Shown piece by piece: positions 44,750 through 54,882 of a DNA stretch of 64,000 nucleotides. Within the stretch, counting starts at the first letter, position 1. Each line of letters begins with the position of its first letter. Source of the stretch: Vitreimonas sp. (lineage in GTDB: Bacteria > Patescibacteriota > Microgenomatia > UBA1400 > PJMF01). The position numbers were made by a program, and so were the translations under genes. The stretch spans positions 1,098,331 through 1,162,330 of the forward strand of contig DASPLQ010000012.1 in NCBI GenBank assembly GCA_035627515.1, written 5' to 3'. Under the pieces are notes generated by a model. It was not told the DNA's origin, made no database searches, and saw only the letters and a list, made by a program, of their open reading frames with translations.

Positions 44750-45967
44750 ATGGGTTATACGCGTAACGTTGTGAGTGGTTTTAGTTGGCAAACGGTTTTG
44801 AAAATTGTGACCAATGTCATCACGTTGGTGAAGATCATGATTTTGGCACGGTTACTGGCTGTAGAAGAGTTTGGTTTGTTTTCACTGGTGATGATTGCAC
44901 TGGGCTTAACGGAGTCATTTACCCAAACCGGTGTCAACGTCACCATTATTCAATCAAAACATTCCATCGAGTACTTTATTGATACAGCTTGGGTGATTGC
45001 GATTGTCAGAGGTATGCTGATCGCGGTATTGACGTTAGTGCTGGGAGTAGGGATGAGTCATTTTTTCCAAAGCTCGGAACTACTCTTTTTAATAGGGCTC
45101 GTTTCCTTAGTACCTTTCATCAAAGGTTTTATTAATCCAGCCATTATTTCACCTTACAAGGAGTTAGCTTTTTTCAAAGATACTCTGTATCGTTTTTCGT
45201 TGTCACTCACGGACAGTATAGTATCTATTGTATTGGTGTGGATGGTAGGGACAGTGGCGGGGTGGGTGGCAGCCTTAGTTTTGACAGCTGTATTTGAAGT
45301 AGTGATCTCATTTGTTTTCTTTCGCCTTCGCCCACGTTTTCTCTATATCCCTAGCCGGGCTGCGCTGATTTATGCTAATGCCAAAAGTATTGCTACGGCT
45401 AGTGTCTTGAATTACTTAAATGATAATGCCGACAATTTATTGATTGGCAAAATGGCAGGAACATATGGGCTGGGTTTATATCAAAACACCTATGCTTTAT
45501 CTCATGAGCTTAATTATGAGGTGACCAAGTCAGCTCATCATGGCACGTTTCCGGTTTATACCAAGATTGTAGATGATAAGCTCAGATTGAGACGTGCTTT
45601 TCTCAAAACTCTACTTTTTACTACTTTCTTATCCTTGGCTCTCTCATCCCCGTTATTGTTTTTCCCTCAGTTTTTTATTCCCCTCATTTTTAGTGCTAAG
45701 TGGATCCCTGCGATTCCTTTAGTGCCTTGGTTGGTGATGGCAGGGTTAATCCATAGTTTCGCGCTGATGTGTTATGGACCATTAGTAGCTAAGAATCATC
45801 TTCTACCGGTAAATGTCCATTCCTTTCTAAGTTTTGTGTTCATGATTGGGGGTATCTGGTGGGGAGGACAGTACTGGGGGCTCGTAGGTAGTGTAATAGG
45901 ACTTTGCATCTCCCGGCTAATGGCGTTACCATATTTACTATGGAGTACGTGGCATGAAGTGGTATGA
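44750..45967 (+). CDS. Polysaccharide flippase (Wzx-like)
   Basis: ILARLL..EEFG, DNLLIGK..G...LGLY; many TM helices. Confidence 0.85.
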   Translation: MGYTRNVVSGFSWQTVLKIVTNVITLVKIMILARLLAVEEFGLFSLVMIALGLTESFTQTGVNVTIIQSKHSIEYFIDTAWVIAIVRGMLIAVLTLVLGVGMSHFFQSSELLFLIGLVSLVPFIKGFINPAIISPYKELAFFKDTLYRFSLSLTDSIVSIVLVWMVGTVAGWVAALVLTAVFEVVISFVFFRLRPRFLYIPSRAALIYANAKSIATASVLNYLNDNADNLLIGKMAGTYGLGLYQNTYALSHELNYEVTKSAHHGTFPVYTKIVDDKLRLRRAFLKTLLFTTFLSLALSSPLLFFPQFFIPLIFSAKWIPAIPLVPWLVMAGLIHSFALMCYGPLVAKNHLLPVNVHSFLSFVFMIGGIWWGGQYWGLVGSVIGLCISRLMALPYLLWSTWHEVV

Positions 45968-47436
45968 AAAACAGAGATTTTGATTGGTCACCAGCTAGTT
46001 TTCTAGGTTTAGCTAAACAATATTGGTTATTAGTTATCATCATGGTTTTGGCGACATGGGTGAGAGTGTGGCGGCTGGATACACATGCCATTTTCTTTGG
46101 CGATGCGGCTCGTGATTTACGCGTGGCGATTCAAGCCGTGGATAATCGCGAGATTCCTTTGTTGGGTATTCCCTCGAGTGTACCTCGCTTTAAACAAGGC
46201 CCTTTGAGTATTTGGTTTCAAATGGCTATCTATACAGTATTTGGGAATCATTTATTTATTTTTTCCCTGTTTTTTGCACTTATTAACTTGGCAGCATTAA
46301 TGGCCATTTATGAGTTTGCGACCATTCATTTCTCTCAGCGGGCTGGTTTAATAGCCGCCACCTTATATGCTTTTTCGCCCCTGACAATAGCTCAAGCTCG
46401 TATGCCCTATCATACTAATCCTATTCCACTGGCTCTGACCCTTTACTTGTTTGCCTTGGTTAATTTATGGCAAGGTAAAAAGTGGGGAATGTTACTTGCG
46501 GTACTAGGGTGGTGCTTAGTGTTTCAGTTTGAGTTGGCGGTGTTTCCATTAGTACTATTGATACCGTATGTAGTGTGGCGTCAGCAACAGAAAGTGACAA
46601 AGGGCTTGATCATTCAAGCTGGAGCAGGATTCTTTTTAGGATTGTTGCCTCAGTTACTCTATGACATAACACACAGTTTTGCTCAGCTGGGTGGATTTGG
46701 GGTATGGTTGGTTTATCGCAGTCTAAGTGCTTTACTCATTGGTGGCCGCCATGGCTTAGGACCAAGTAAATTAGCTGGCGCTTTAACTCATTTTTGGACC
46801 TATCTGCAACGCATCTTTAGTTTTGATCAACCATTCGTAACAGTGGCATTCTTAATTATCTTAGGCTTAGCACTGGTGTTTTGTTATCAACGTTGGCGCC
46901 GACACCACCTGGAACCAAGTGCCGAAATTGTCGCTATGGCTACCGGTTTATTAACTGTAGGTTATATTGTCCATGGATCACCTTCAGAGGCTTATTTTCC
47001 GCCTTATTTTATTTTATTACCCTTACTGATTAGTTATTATTTAATGCATTTTTCTGACAAGGTTCAGCGCTGGATAATACTTGGATTGGGAATATGGGCG
47101 GTCATGAATATTACTAGTCTTTTCACCCATAATTTTTTCGTGAGTACTCATCGAGCTTTTAATTATGGACCTGGTGTGGGTGAGCAGCGAGCCGTGGTAG
47201 AGTATCTGACTACTCAAGAAACAACGTTTTATTTTTCTACTACCCAAGATGGTGCACAATTTGAATCATATTTTGATAACTATCGATACTGGGTATCGCA
47301 ACTTCGCCATCAAGAACAAAAAAATGGCGGCAGTCCGGTCTATATTGAATCAAAAAATTCTCAATTAGCTAATTATCCAGGCATCAAGAAAATTGGCTTT
47401 AGAAGTGTGGACGTTTATCAATTGGAGTTGCCATGA
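45964..47436 (+). CDS. GT-C glycosyltransferase (ArnT/PMT, GT39/83-like)
   Basis: FFGDAARD, LLG, QGP motifs; polytopic membrane protein. Confidence 0.8.
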   Translation: MKNRDFDWSPASFLGLAKQYWLLVIIMVLATWVRVWRLDTHAIFFGDAARDLRVAIQAVDNREIPLLGIPSSVPRFKQGPLSIWFQMAIYTVFGNHLFIFSLFFALINLAALMAIYEFATIHFSQRAGLIAATLYAFSPLTIAQARMPYHTNPIPLALTLYLFALVNLWQGKKWGMLLAVLGWCLVFQFELAVFPLVLLIPYVVWRQQQKVTKGLIIQAGAGFFLGLLPQLLYDITHSFAQLGGFGVWLVYRSLSALLIGGRHGLGPSKLAGALTHFWTYLQRIFSFDQPFVTVAFLIILGLALVFCYQRWRRHHLEPSAEIVAMATGLLTVGYIVHGSPSEAYFPPYFILLPLLISYYLMHFSDKVQRWIILGLGIWAVMNITSLFTHNFFVSTHRAFNYGPGVGEQRAVVEYLTTQETTFYFSTTQDGAQFESYFDNYRYWVSQLRHQEQKNGGSPVYIESKNSQLANYPGIKKIGFRSVDVYQLELP

Positions 47437-48137
47437 CATCTCACTTACTGCCGGTAACGGTAGTGGTGATCACCGATAGAAATGATGAGCGCCTTCAACG
47501 ATGTTTAGCTTCGGTATCGTGGGCAAAAGAGGTGCTAGTAGAAGACTACAGTGGCCAAAAAATTACTGATTTTAGCTTGGTTCGCAACTTGGTTTTACAA
47601 AAAGTTTCTCAACCATGGATTCTCTTTTTAGATAGTGACGAGTGGTTGGAAGACAAAGCGGCCACAGAAATTGCTCACGCTATCACCCAACCCTGCCAAG
47701 GCTTTTATTTACAACGTAAAGACATTTTTTTGAACAAAGTCATGAATTGGGGCGAAGTCAGAAATGTATGGTTATTAAGATTAGCTCGTCGGGGTGCAAT
47801 TCATTTTAAGCGTGCAGTTCATGAAGTTCCTCAGGTAGGTCCAGCTACCGCACGGTTAGAGTCACTTATTTATCACCACTCTCACCTTTCTCAAACGGAT
47901 TTTATGTCTAAGGTCAGCTACTATGCATCACTGGAAGCTAAACAACGTCCGCCACTGTCAAAATCGAGTTTACTACTGCAATTATTATTTTTCCCCCCTG
48001 GAAAGTTACTGTATAATTTGTTTATTAAATTAGGTTTTTTAGACGGTTGGCGGGGGATAGTTTACATCTGGATGATGAGTTTGCACTCGTTATTAGTGCG
48101 CGTTTATCAGTATGAGAACAAAACTGTGGCAAAGTGA
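47433..48137 (+). CDS. Glycosyltransferase family 2
   Basis: DFSLVRN, WILFLDSDE, VHE, GFLDGWRG. Confidence 0.9.
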   Translation: MTSHLLPVTVVVITDRNDERLQRCLASVSWAKEVLVEDYSGQKITDFSLVRNLVLQKVSQPWILFLDSDEWLEDKAATEIAHAITQPCQGFYLQRKDIFLNKVMNWGEVRNVWLLRLARRGAIHFKRAVHEVPQVGPATARLESLIYHHSHLSQTDFMSKVSYYASLEAKQRPPLSKSSLLLQLLFFPPGKLLYNLFIKLGFLDGWRGIVYIWMMSLHSLLVRVYQYENKTVAK

Positions 48138-49299
48138 GTGGTTGCTCTTCCTTTTTTTATTAATCCTGGGGCAGTTACAACGCTGGCAAGTAACAGGTAG
48201 TGTCGCTGTTTACCTTCACGAAATGGTGATGGCAATGATGATGGGTAGTTGGCTATTGTCTCTCTCATTATCAGAACTGAGGAGGAGGTTTTTTAGAATC
48301 TTCACGCTGCCGTTAAAGTTACTGTTGTGCTGGTTAATACTGGGATGGGTGATGGCAGGGGTGTCGGGAGTATCGTTGCTAGTTCCAGCGCTTTACACAA
48401 TCCGGTTAGCCTTTTACTTATTTTTTATCTGGATGATGTCACAGCAAACTGTGCTTCCTCAGCCAACTGTCAAAAAACAGGTCGTGGCAGCTGGTTTAAC
48501 GATGATGTTACTAGGGGTGCTGCAGTACATCTTTTTACCTGATACGCGCTTTCTATTCATTTTAGGCTGGGATGATCATTATTATCGATTGATTGGCACA
48601 CAGTTTGATCCCGGATTTGCTGGCATGTTGATAGTATTAACGCTCATTTTTGGTTTTAGTTATTTACACAAGACTATTCTCTGGTGGCAGTATGCATTGG
48701 CTGCGCTCCTAGTGATGGCTACAGCGATGACGTTTTCTCGGGCTAGTTTTTTATGTCTGGGTGTAGCGTTAGGTCTATTTAGTTTGCGATTTCTAGTTCA
48801 GCGCAGGATAGCCCACTTTGCCTTCACACTTATGCTAGTAGGTATTTTTGGAGTTACGCTGTGGATGCTTCCTAAACCAACAGGCGAAGGTGTCAGACTT
48901 GCCCGCACTTCCAGTGTGGAAGCCAGAGCCACAGCTTCTCGATTAGAGTTGCAGTCATTAACGCCACTGCAAACCATCATCGGTCGGGGCTTATTTGTCC
49001 CACGATCAGATCATGACCTAGACAATCCATTGCCCAACCACGCTCGCGTACCTGATAACGTAGTGATTAGCTTGCTGGTTTATCATGGCCTATTGGGCAC
49101 AGTCATGATCCTGGGCTGGTTTTTATGGCAGTTGCCTGAGTTGTGTCATCGTGATTATGAGGGCTTTGTGGCCGTTTTAGCAGTTCTGACCCACAGTTTC
49201 TTTAACAATACTTTGTTACAACCCTTTGTATTATTGTTCTTAGGATTGGGTTTGGTTTCGAGTGTGAGAGAGATAAGAGTGAAAAAAACTAAGGTTTAA
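48112..49299 (+). CDS. O-antigen ligase/Wzy-like membrane protein
   Basis: RLIGTQFDPGF, TFSRAS, IIGRG, HARVPDN, HSFFNN. Confidence 0.8.
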   Translation: MRTKLWQSEWLLFLFLLILGQLQRWQVTGSVAVYLHEMVMAMMMGSWLLSLSLSELRRRFFRIFTLPLKLLLCWLILGWVMAGVSGVSLLVPALYTIRLAFYLFFIWMMSQQTVLPQPTVKKQVVAAGLTMMLLGVLQYIFLPDTRFLFILGWDDHYYRLIGTQFDPGFAGMLIVLTLIFGFSYLHKTILWWQYALAALLVMATAMTFSRASFLCLGVALGLFSLRFLVQRRIAHFAFTLMLVGIFGVTLWMLPKPTGEGVRLARTSSVEARATASRLELQSLTPLQTIIGRGLFVPRSDHDLDNPLPNHARVPDNVVISLLVYHGLLGTVMILGWFLWQLPELCHRDYEGFVAVLAVLTHSFFNNTLLQPFVLLFLGLGLVSSVREIRVKKTKV

Positions 49300-50074
49300 A
49301 AGTAACTTTGAGTTCAGTTTCAGTAGTGTTATCAGCACGATCTTTAGCTTGAATCAGGAGTGTATTTTCTCCTTCTTGAAGTTGATAGGTAGTGCTGAAA
49401 TTACCATCGCTTGCTGGATTAACAATTCGACCATTTATTAAAATTCTTACGCCGCCATTTTCATCCGTAGAACCTTTAATACTAATTACCTGATTCTTGC
49501 GGGTCTCGTAGGTTTGGCCATTAGTTGGCTCGGAAACTTCCAGCTTGGGAGGTTCAGGGTCAAAACTAACCGTATACGTTTTACTAGTGGATGATTCATT
49601 TCCGGCCGCATCTACCGCATAAAGTGCTAACTTATTGTCACCTTCTGTTAAATCAATGATAAAGTTGAAACTGCCATCATCTCTAACTTTTTCTCGAGAA
49701 TCCTCAGCCTCATTTACTAAGACCACTAGCTCACTACCTGCTTCACCGTAGCCAGAAACAGCCAGTGTCGCACTACTAGTAGCCGGAACTGGGGCAGAAA
49801 TAATGGGAATTTGGGGCGGAATAGTGTCATCAGAAGTAATTTGTTTGGTATCACCAAAAAAGGAGGTCATGAAGCGGATCAATCCAGGCACAATCACAAA
49901 TAAAAACACTACAAACAGGATCACCGCTCCACTGGCTATTAACAACGTTTGGCGCAACATGCGTTTTTGCTCATGTTTAGTAAGGCGGGAAGAGACTTGG
50001 CTGGTTCTTTTCATAAACTCATCGGATGAAGGATATAACGCATCGCGGACGGTTTGCATGTTTTGTTCATTCAT
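49289..50074 (-). CDS. Membrane-anchored protein with two Ig-like domains
   Basis: TM helix then two repeats: LTEGDN..AVDAAGN and LQEGEN..AKDRADN. Confidence 0.75.
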   Translation of the reverse strand: MNEQNMQTVRDALYPSSDEFMKRTSQVSSRLTKHEQKRMLRQTLLIASGAVILFVVFLFVIVPGLIRFMTSFFGDTKQITSDDTIPPQIPIISAPVPATSSATLAVSGYGEAGSELVVLVNEAEDSREKVRDDGSFNFIIDLTEGDNKLALYAVDAAGNESSTSKTYTVSFDPEPPKLEVSEPTNGQTYETRKNQVISIKGSTDENGGVRILINGRIVNPASDGNFSTTYQLQEGENTLLIQAKDRADNTTETELKVTFKP

Positions 50075-50102
50075 AGTATCAGAGTTATAGCCTCTAGAAC
50101 AG

Positions 50103-50178
50103 TGGAGCCAAGAAGGGGGCTCGAACCCCTGACCTGCGGTTTACGATACCGCTGCTCTACCAGCTGAGCTATCTTGGC
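50103..50178 (-). tRNA. tRNA-Thr (CGT)
   Basis: Cloverleaf GCCAAGA...TCTTGGC-T-CCA; anticodon arm GCGGT-ATCGTAA-ACCGC; GGTTCGA. Confidence 0.95.
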
Positions 50179-50183
50179 TTGGG

Positions 50184-50255
50184 AGCGGGTGACCGGGCTC
50201 GAACCGGCGATCTTCTGCTTGGGAAGCAGACATTCTACCACTGAACTACACCCGC
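50184..50255 (-). tRNA. tRNA-Gly (CCC), CCA not encoded
   Basis: GCGGGTG...CACCCGC-T; anticodon arm TCTGC-TTCCCAA-GCAGA. Confidence 0.95.
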
Positions 50256-50291
50256 GGTTTTTCCGAAGCTGTTGTATTGTAGCAAGAAATC

Positions 50292-51020
50292 TTATTTCTG
50301 ATTAGCAGGAGGTAACTCGAGCTCTACAGCAGGGTAAATTAAGTCAGGATTGTAACCAATTACACTGCGATTGCGATCATAAATCTCGACCCAGCGATAA
50401 CCACTGCCAAGTTCACGCTCAGCGATCTTCCATAAACTATCACCTTTGACGATAGTGTAGCGGCCTGATTGAGGTTGTGCGGGCTGAGTTGGAGTTGCAT
50501 CGGGCGCGGTAGGAACTTGTGGGGCCTCAGGTGCCTGAGGTGCTTGGGGAGGCACAGGTGCAGTAGCAATATCTGGTGAAGTAGTAGCTTCAGGTGTTGC
50601 CATCAAAGATTCTTTGATAGTGGTATTAGGAATCATTAACTCTTGCCCAACTTCTAAGCCCTGGTCAGGTTGGAGACCGTTAGCTAGTTCGATATCTTTA
50701 TAGTTGAAAGCTGTGCCATAAAAAGCTTGAGAAATTTTCCAGGTGGAGTCACCGGGCTGGACAATATACTTCGCAGGTAAACCAGCTGCAAACTTACGAC
50801 CATTTTCTTCATAATAGGTAATTTGACGAGGTAAGTCTGAAAGGACAGGTAGAGCCATTGGAGATGCTTCTGGTTGCATTGGGGCTTTAGCACTTCGCCA
50901 CGACCAAAAAATCAATAAACAAGCGGCGGCAAATACTAAAGTGAAGCCAGTAGCTAAGGCCATCAGCGTATCTTTAGTACGTAAACTTTTAATATATTGC
51001 TTGAGGTTGTAGGAATCCAT
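50292..51020 (-). CDS. Membrane-anchored protein with two LysM domains
   Basis: YIVQPGDSTWKIS and YTIVKGDSLWKIA joined by a Pro-rich linker. Confidence 0.9.
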   Translation of the reverse strand: MDSYNLKQYIKSLRTKDTLMALATGFTLVFAAACLLIFWSWRSAKAPMQPEASPMALPVLSDLPRQITYYEENGRKFAAGLPAKYIVQPGDSTWKISQAFYGTAFNYKDIELANGLQPDQGLEVGQELMIPNTTIKESLMATPEATTSPDIATAPVPPQAPQAPEAPQVPTAPDATPTQPAQPQSGRYTIVKGDSLWKIAERELGSGYRWVEIYDRNRSVIGYNPDLIYPAVELELPPANQK

Positions 51021-51238
51021 ATCTGCCTAAAATAACTACTTAGTAATAAGAAATACAAATAGTATTGGGCAGATACTGCTGTGATTGTAACAAACTAGAT
51101 CAGTTTGTCGAGAGGGCAGAGGTATGTAAAAATGTACATTTTGACTGTAATGACATGTGTCCAGATTCACTTTTGAAGGAAGGTGTAACGCACCCCTCGC
51201 CGAAACGAGGGGTGGTTGAGGAGTAAAGGTGTTGAAGA

Positions 51239-51661
51239 TTAGCGACCCGTGTAGCGGAACTCGCACAAGGTTACGCCAGGGTTAACGTAGAAAGCGCCAT
51301 ATGTTTTTCCCGGATTTTCAACTCTGAAGGTTGTTCCAATGAGTAAGGGGTTTAAATCACCCTTGCCGTTTCCTTCGGGGTCAAAATAAAACGGACATCC
51401 TTCAGTGACTTCATACGTTCCCGCACGCCAAAAGGTGATGGAGTAGGTAATTCCATACTCTAAAGGTTCATCAATACTGAACCGAAGCAACCGATTACTA
51501 TTCTCCCACCGTATTTCTAGATGAGGATATTCGCTGGGAAGTAAATCCTTAGCGGTGAAGGTTCTTGGAGAATAGGCTTCGTTTTGGGGAGTTTGTGCTG
51601 ACACCGTACCACCTCCTAGTAAAACAATTAACAGAATCAGTCGTAGGCTTTTCCGTAACAT
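51239..51661 (-). CDS. Secreted hypothetical protein
   Basis: Signal peptide MLRKSLRLILLIVLLGGGTVSA. Confidence 0.6.
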   Translation of the reverse strand: MLRKSLRLILLIVLLGGGTVSAQTPQNEAYSPRTFTAKDLLPSEYPHLEIRWENSNRLLRFSIDEPLEYGITYSITFWRAGTYEVTEGCPFYFDPEGNGKGDLNPLLIGTTFRVENPGKTYGAFYVNPGVTLCEFRYTGR

Positions 51662-51928
51662 GACTTAGGCTCCCGCCACAGGGGAACGAGAAAGCAATTC
51701 AAAAGATCTATGCTTCCTTCAGTCCTGCGGCTATGTCAAACAACCAAAAATTGCCTCACGTAGCCGCAGGGTATACACCTTTACCTTATTAAAGAGCTTT
51801 CGACGCACTGCACGCACATGTGCGACGTCAAACGCCTCTACAAGGTAATTATCGTCATTTGTAAAAGAATTCAGTGAGAGATGAGAAAGAGTTAAGCTTT
51901 TAGTAAGCTGATAAAATCAGCATAAATA

Positions 51929-52204
51929 ATGCCTAAAAACCCAGAGTTTAATCTTCCACCTCACTCAAAACTAACACATAAGCCAGAGGGCAAGCTGTGG
52001 TTTAGAATAGATGAGACACGTTTTCATCCACTTTTTTTTGATAAGCTGGGAAATCCTACAATGAGTCCCTATTTTGGCTGTGCTTGGGTAGAAACAGCTG
52101 AAGGAGGAGAATTTGTTTGTAATGGTTTCATTCTGTTAAGGCTTGTGGGCGATGATATTTACACAGGTGATTTTTTCAGTACCTGGGAAGAGGTGATGAA
52201 ATAA
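51929..52204 (+). CDS. Hypothetical protein
   Basis: 91-aa ORF; 3' end overlaps the convergent neighbour. Confidence 0.45.
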   Translation: MPKNPEFNLPPHSKLTHKPEGKLWFRIDETRFHPLFFDKLGNPTMSPYFGCAWVETAEGGEFVCNGFILLRLVGDDIYTGDFFSTWEEVMK

Positions 52205-52992
52205 ATATCAGCCTGAGGTATCGATAAATGGTGTGGGGTAATTATCACCCCACTCGCTCGACAAAACTCCAACAGATACCATTCAAGTGCTGCTTCCCAA
52301 ATACCAACATGAGCTAGAAATGAATCGAAAAGCGTGGCGGTTACCGCACCGACCTGATCAGGTTCACTTAAGTGTAAGTAACAGATTCCAGTTAAAGGTG
52401 AAAGCCGGTGAGGAGAAATAATTGGTTTGACCAAACCTGGGACAACGCGCAACTCAATTTCTGGATCGAATACCTCTTCGTTATTAATATGTCGCTGTTT
52501 GAAGTTGGCACCAATAGTTTCAGCTAAATGTCTCAGTAACACTTTATCAACTTGAAACTCACCAAAACCTGAAATTAAAAAATGATGGCGTGGTCCCCCT
52601 GGGCTAATGAATGAGGCCGTAACAGTCTTTAATACTTTCACCTCGGTATCTGGACCAAAAACCTGATCAATCCGAGTCTGCTCACTCTTAAGATTCGTTG
52701 TATTTTCATGGGCAGAAGTAGCGGGTGAATGCTTTATTGACAGGGTTGGTAAATCTAACGCATCCGCACTTAGCATCGCTTCTACTAAGAATTCAAACGG
52801 AATCTGCCCCCACTCAGTTAATAATTCTCGGCCAATAATATCTACCCAGTCGCCGGCCAGATATTTGCGCAAAGATGCACTAAGCTCTGGTAAATCAGGT
52901 TGTAAACTTGGATCTTCCAGAATATCTTCGACTCTCAATGATCTTCTATGCAAAATGATTGATAAAAGTTCGTTTTCCGCACTTCGGGCCAT
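52159..52992 (-). CDS. Possible YbaK/ProX-like domain protein
   Basis: KVLKTV...FQVDKVLLRHLA...LRVVPGLVKPI resembles the YbaK K-T and G-x-V-x-P motifs. Confidence 0.45.
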   Translation of the reverse strand: MARSAENELLSIILHRRSLRVEDILEDPSLQPDLPELSASLRKYLAGDWVDIIGRELLTEWGQIPFEFLVEAMLSADALDLPTLSIKHSPATSAHENTTNLKSEQTRIDQVFGPDTEVKVLKTVTASFISPGGPRHHFLISGFGEFQVDKVLLRHLAETIGANFKQRHINNEEVFDPEIELRVVPGLVKPIISPHRLSPLTGICYLHLSEPDQVGAVTATLFDSFLAHVGIWEAALEWYLLEFCRASGVIITPHHLSIPQADIYFITSSQVLKKSPV

Positions 52993-53044
52993 AGGCCAGA
53001 AATTGTAGCATGAGTAATAAAAAGGTTAAAAAAATTAAGTTTAC

Positions 53045-53120
53045 TGGCGACCTCGACCGGAGTCGAACCGGCGATCTCCTCCGTGACAGGGAGGCATGTT
53101 AACCACTACACCACGAGGCC
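53045..53120 (-). tRNA. tRNA-Asp (GTC)
   Basis: GGCCTCG...CGAGGTC-G-CCA; anticodon arm CCTCC-CTGTCAC-GGAGG. Confidence 0.95.
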
Positions 53121-53199
53121 AATTAGGTTTTCTATTATACGAACACTTTCCTTTCTTGCCAAGCCCGAACCCAGGGCTAAGATGTGCTAGCATACAGGT

Positions 53200-54219
53200 A
53201 TGCAACTCACACTCCACAAACACATGACCAACCAAGAAATTGCTGATCTTTTTAATTTTATTGCCGGTGTATTGGCCCTCAAAGACAGCAATGTTTTTAG
53301 AAGCCGAGCGTATCAGAATGCCGCGACAGTGATCGAACAATATCCCCAGCCTCTTCATGAAATGTTTTTAAATAACCCAGATTTTGATAAATTGCCAGGA
53401 ATTGGTGATACTCTCAGTGAAAAGCTGGGCGAGTTATTTACTACGGGAAGTATTAAAGCCTTTGAAAAGTACGTGGCAGATTTACCCGCTGGCATGTGGC
53501 CGTTATTTAAACTACCGGGGATTGGTGTCAAAAAAGCCTTTGTATTAGCTGTGCATTTCAAGCTTGATGACGAAGCGACCGCCTTGTCTAAAATTCTTGA
53601 GCACGCTCAACAAGGTGAGATTAGACAGTTAGAAAAATTTGGTGAAAAGAGTGAAAAAGACTTAATAAGCATTATTGAAAGTTATAAGCCTAAAAACCGC
53701 TTACCATACATGGAAGCCAAACAAGTCGCAGATGAATTAAAAGCCGAATTAGAAAAATGTGAGGCAATTTCACGCGTCGATGTCTTAGGCAGCTTGCGGC
53801 GCCAAAGTCCGACGGTTGGTGATATCGACCTTGGCATAGCGACCGATAATATGGATCTGGTGAAAAGTTTCGTGAAAAATATGAAAATTGTGAAAAGAGT
53901 AGCAGCCGCTGGCGAACAACTAATTCGCATTGTGATGACCAATGACTATCAAGCTGATATCAAGGTCTCTACGCCCGATGAGTGGGGAGCCTTTTTGCAA
54001 CACTTCACTGGGTCCAAAGAACACAACATTAAACTGCGAGAGCTGGCGCTTAAACAAGGCAAATCATTATCGGAACACGGCATTAAAGAAGAACATAATG
54101 GTCAACAAATCTTAAAAAAATTTGCCGATGAAGAAGCGTTTTATAAATACTTGGGATTACGCTGGATCGAACCATCAAAACGGGCAGGTGGCGAGGAAAT
54201 TGATCAGGCGAAGTTATAA
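53200..54219 (+). CDS. polX: DNA polymerase X without PHP domain
   Basis: NQEIA...FRSRAYQNAA, LPGIG HhH, GSLRR..TVGDID, HFTGSKEHN, LSEHG. Confidence 0.9.
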   Translation: MQLTLHKHMTNQEIADLFNFIAGVLALKDSNVFRSRAYQNAATVIEQYPQPLHEMFLNNPDFDKLPGIGDTLSEKLGELFTTGSIKAFEKYVADLPAGMWPLFKLPGIGVKKAFVLAVHFKLDDEATALSKILEHAQQGEIRQLEKFGEKSEKDLISIIESYKPKNRLPYMEAKQVADELKAELEKCEAISRVDVLGSLRRQSPTVGDIDLGIATDNMDLVKSFVKNMKIVKRVAAAGEQLIRIVMTNDYQADIKVSTPDEWGAFLQHFTGSKEHNIKLRELALKQGKSLSEHGIKEEHNGQQILKKFADEEAFYKYLGLRWIEPSKRAGGEEIDQAKL

Positions 54220-54262
54220 CTAAAATATTGTATACTTAAGGTATCTTTACCAAAGGAGAACT

Positions 54263-54850
54263 ATGTCAATGATGATGATTTTATTAGCAGCTGGAGCCGT
54301 AATCGCTTTATACGTGATCACGCTTTATAACTCCCTGCAACGCTTAAAAACACAAATTGCCGCCAGCATTCAGGAAATTGGTAATCAATTGAAACGCCAA
54401 GCCTCGCTGATTCCTAATCTGGAAACCTCAGTCAAAGGGTACTTAAAACATGAAAAAGGGATTTTCGAGATGTTGACCGATGCTCGTAAAGCCGCTGTCA
54501 AAGCTTCCCAAAGTGGTACCGCTAAAGATATCGAAGCTGCCTCAGCTAAGCTGCAAGCAGTCGTCCCTCAATTAGCGATTGCTGTCGAAGATAATCCTGA
54601 ACTCAAAGCTGATCAAACCGTGATGCGTTTCATGGAAGAGTTAACTGATACTGCCGATAAGTTAATGTATGCTCGCCGCACGGTGATTGATTTGACCCAA
54701 GCTTACAATGAAAAATTAGTCACGTTCCCATCGAACATCATTGCCGGCATGTTTGGCTTCAAACCAGAAAAAGGGTTAGAAACTCCGATGAGTGGTGATC
54801 ACGTTTCTGTCAGCGAAGCCGAAACCAAAGACGTCAAAGTGAATTTGTAA
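54263..54850 (+). CDS. lemA: LemA family protein
   Basis: YNSL, QLKRQASLIPNL, PELKA, TFPSNIIAGMFGF. Confidence 0.93.
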   Translation: MSMMMILLAAGAVIALYVITLYNSLQRLKTQIAASIQEIGNQLKRQASLIPNLETSVKGYLKHEKGIFEMLTDARKAAVKASQSGTAKDIEAASAKLQAVVPQLAIAVEDNPELKADQTVMRFMEELTDTADKLMYARRTVIDLTQAYNEKLVTFPSNIIAGMFGFKPEKGLETPMSGDHVSVSEAETKDVKVNL

Positions 54851-54882
54851 TTTACTTACTTAGTTACTCAATTACTCAACGT

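Noticed and set aside
50103-53120. tRNA genes as the prophage attachment site
   Set aside because: They are 19-22 kb from the integrase and I saw no duplicated tRNA 3' end near it
53041-53358. 105-aa minus-strand ORF
   Set aside because: It runs through tRNA-Asp and is antisense to polX
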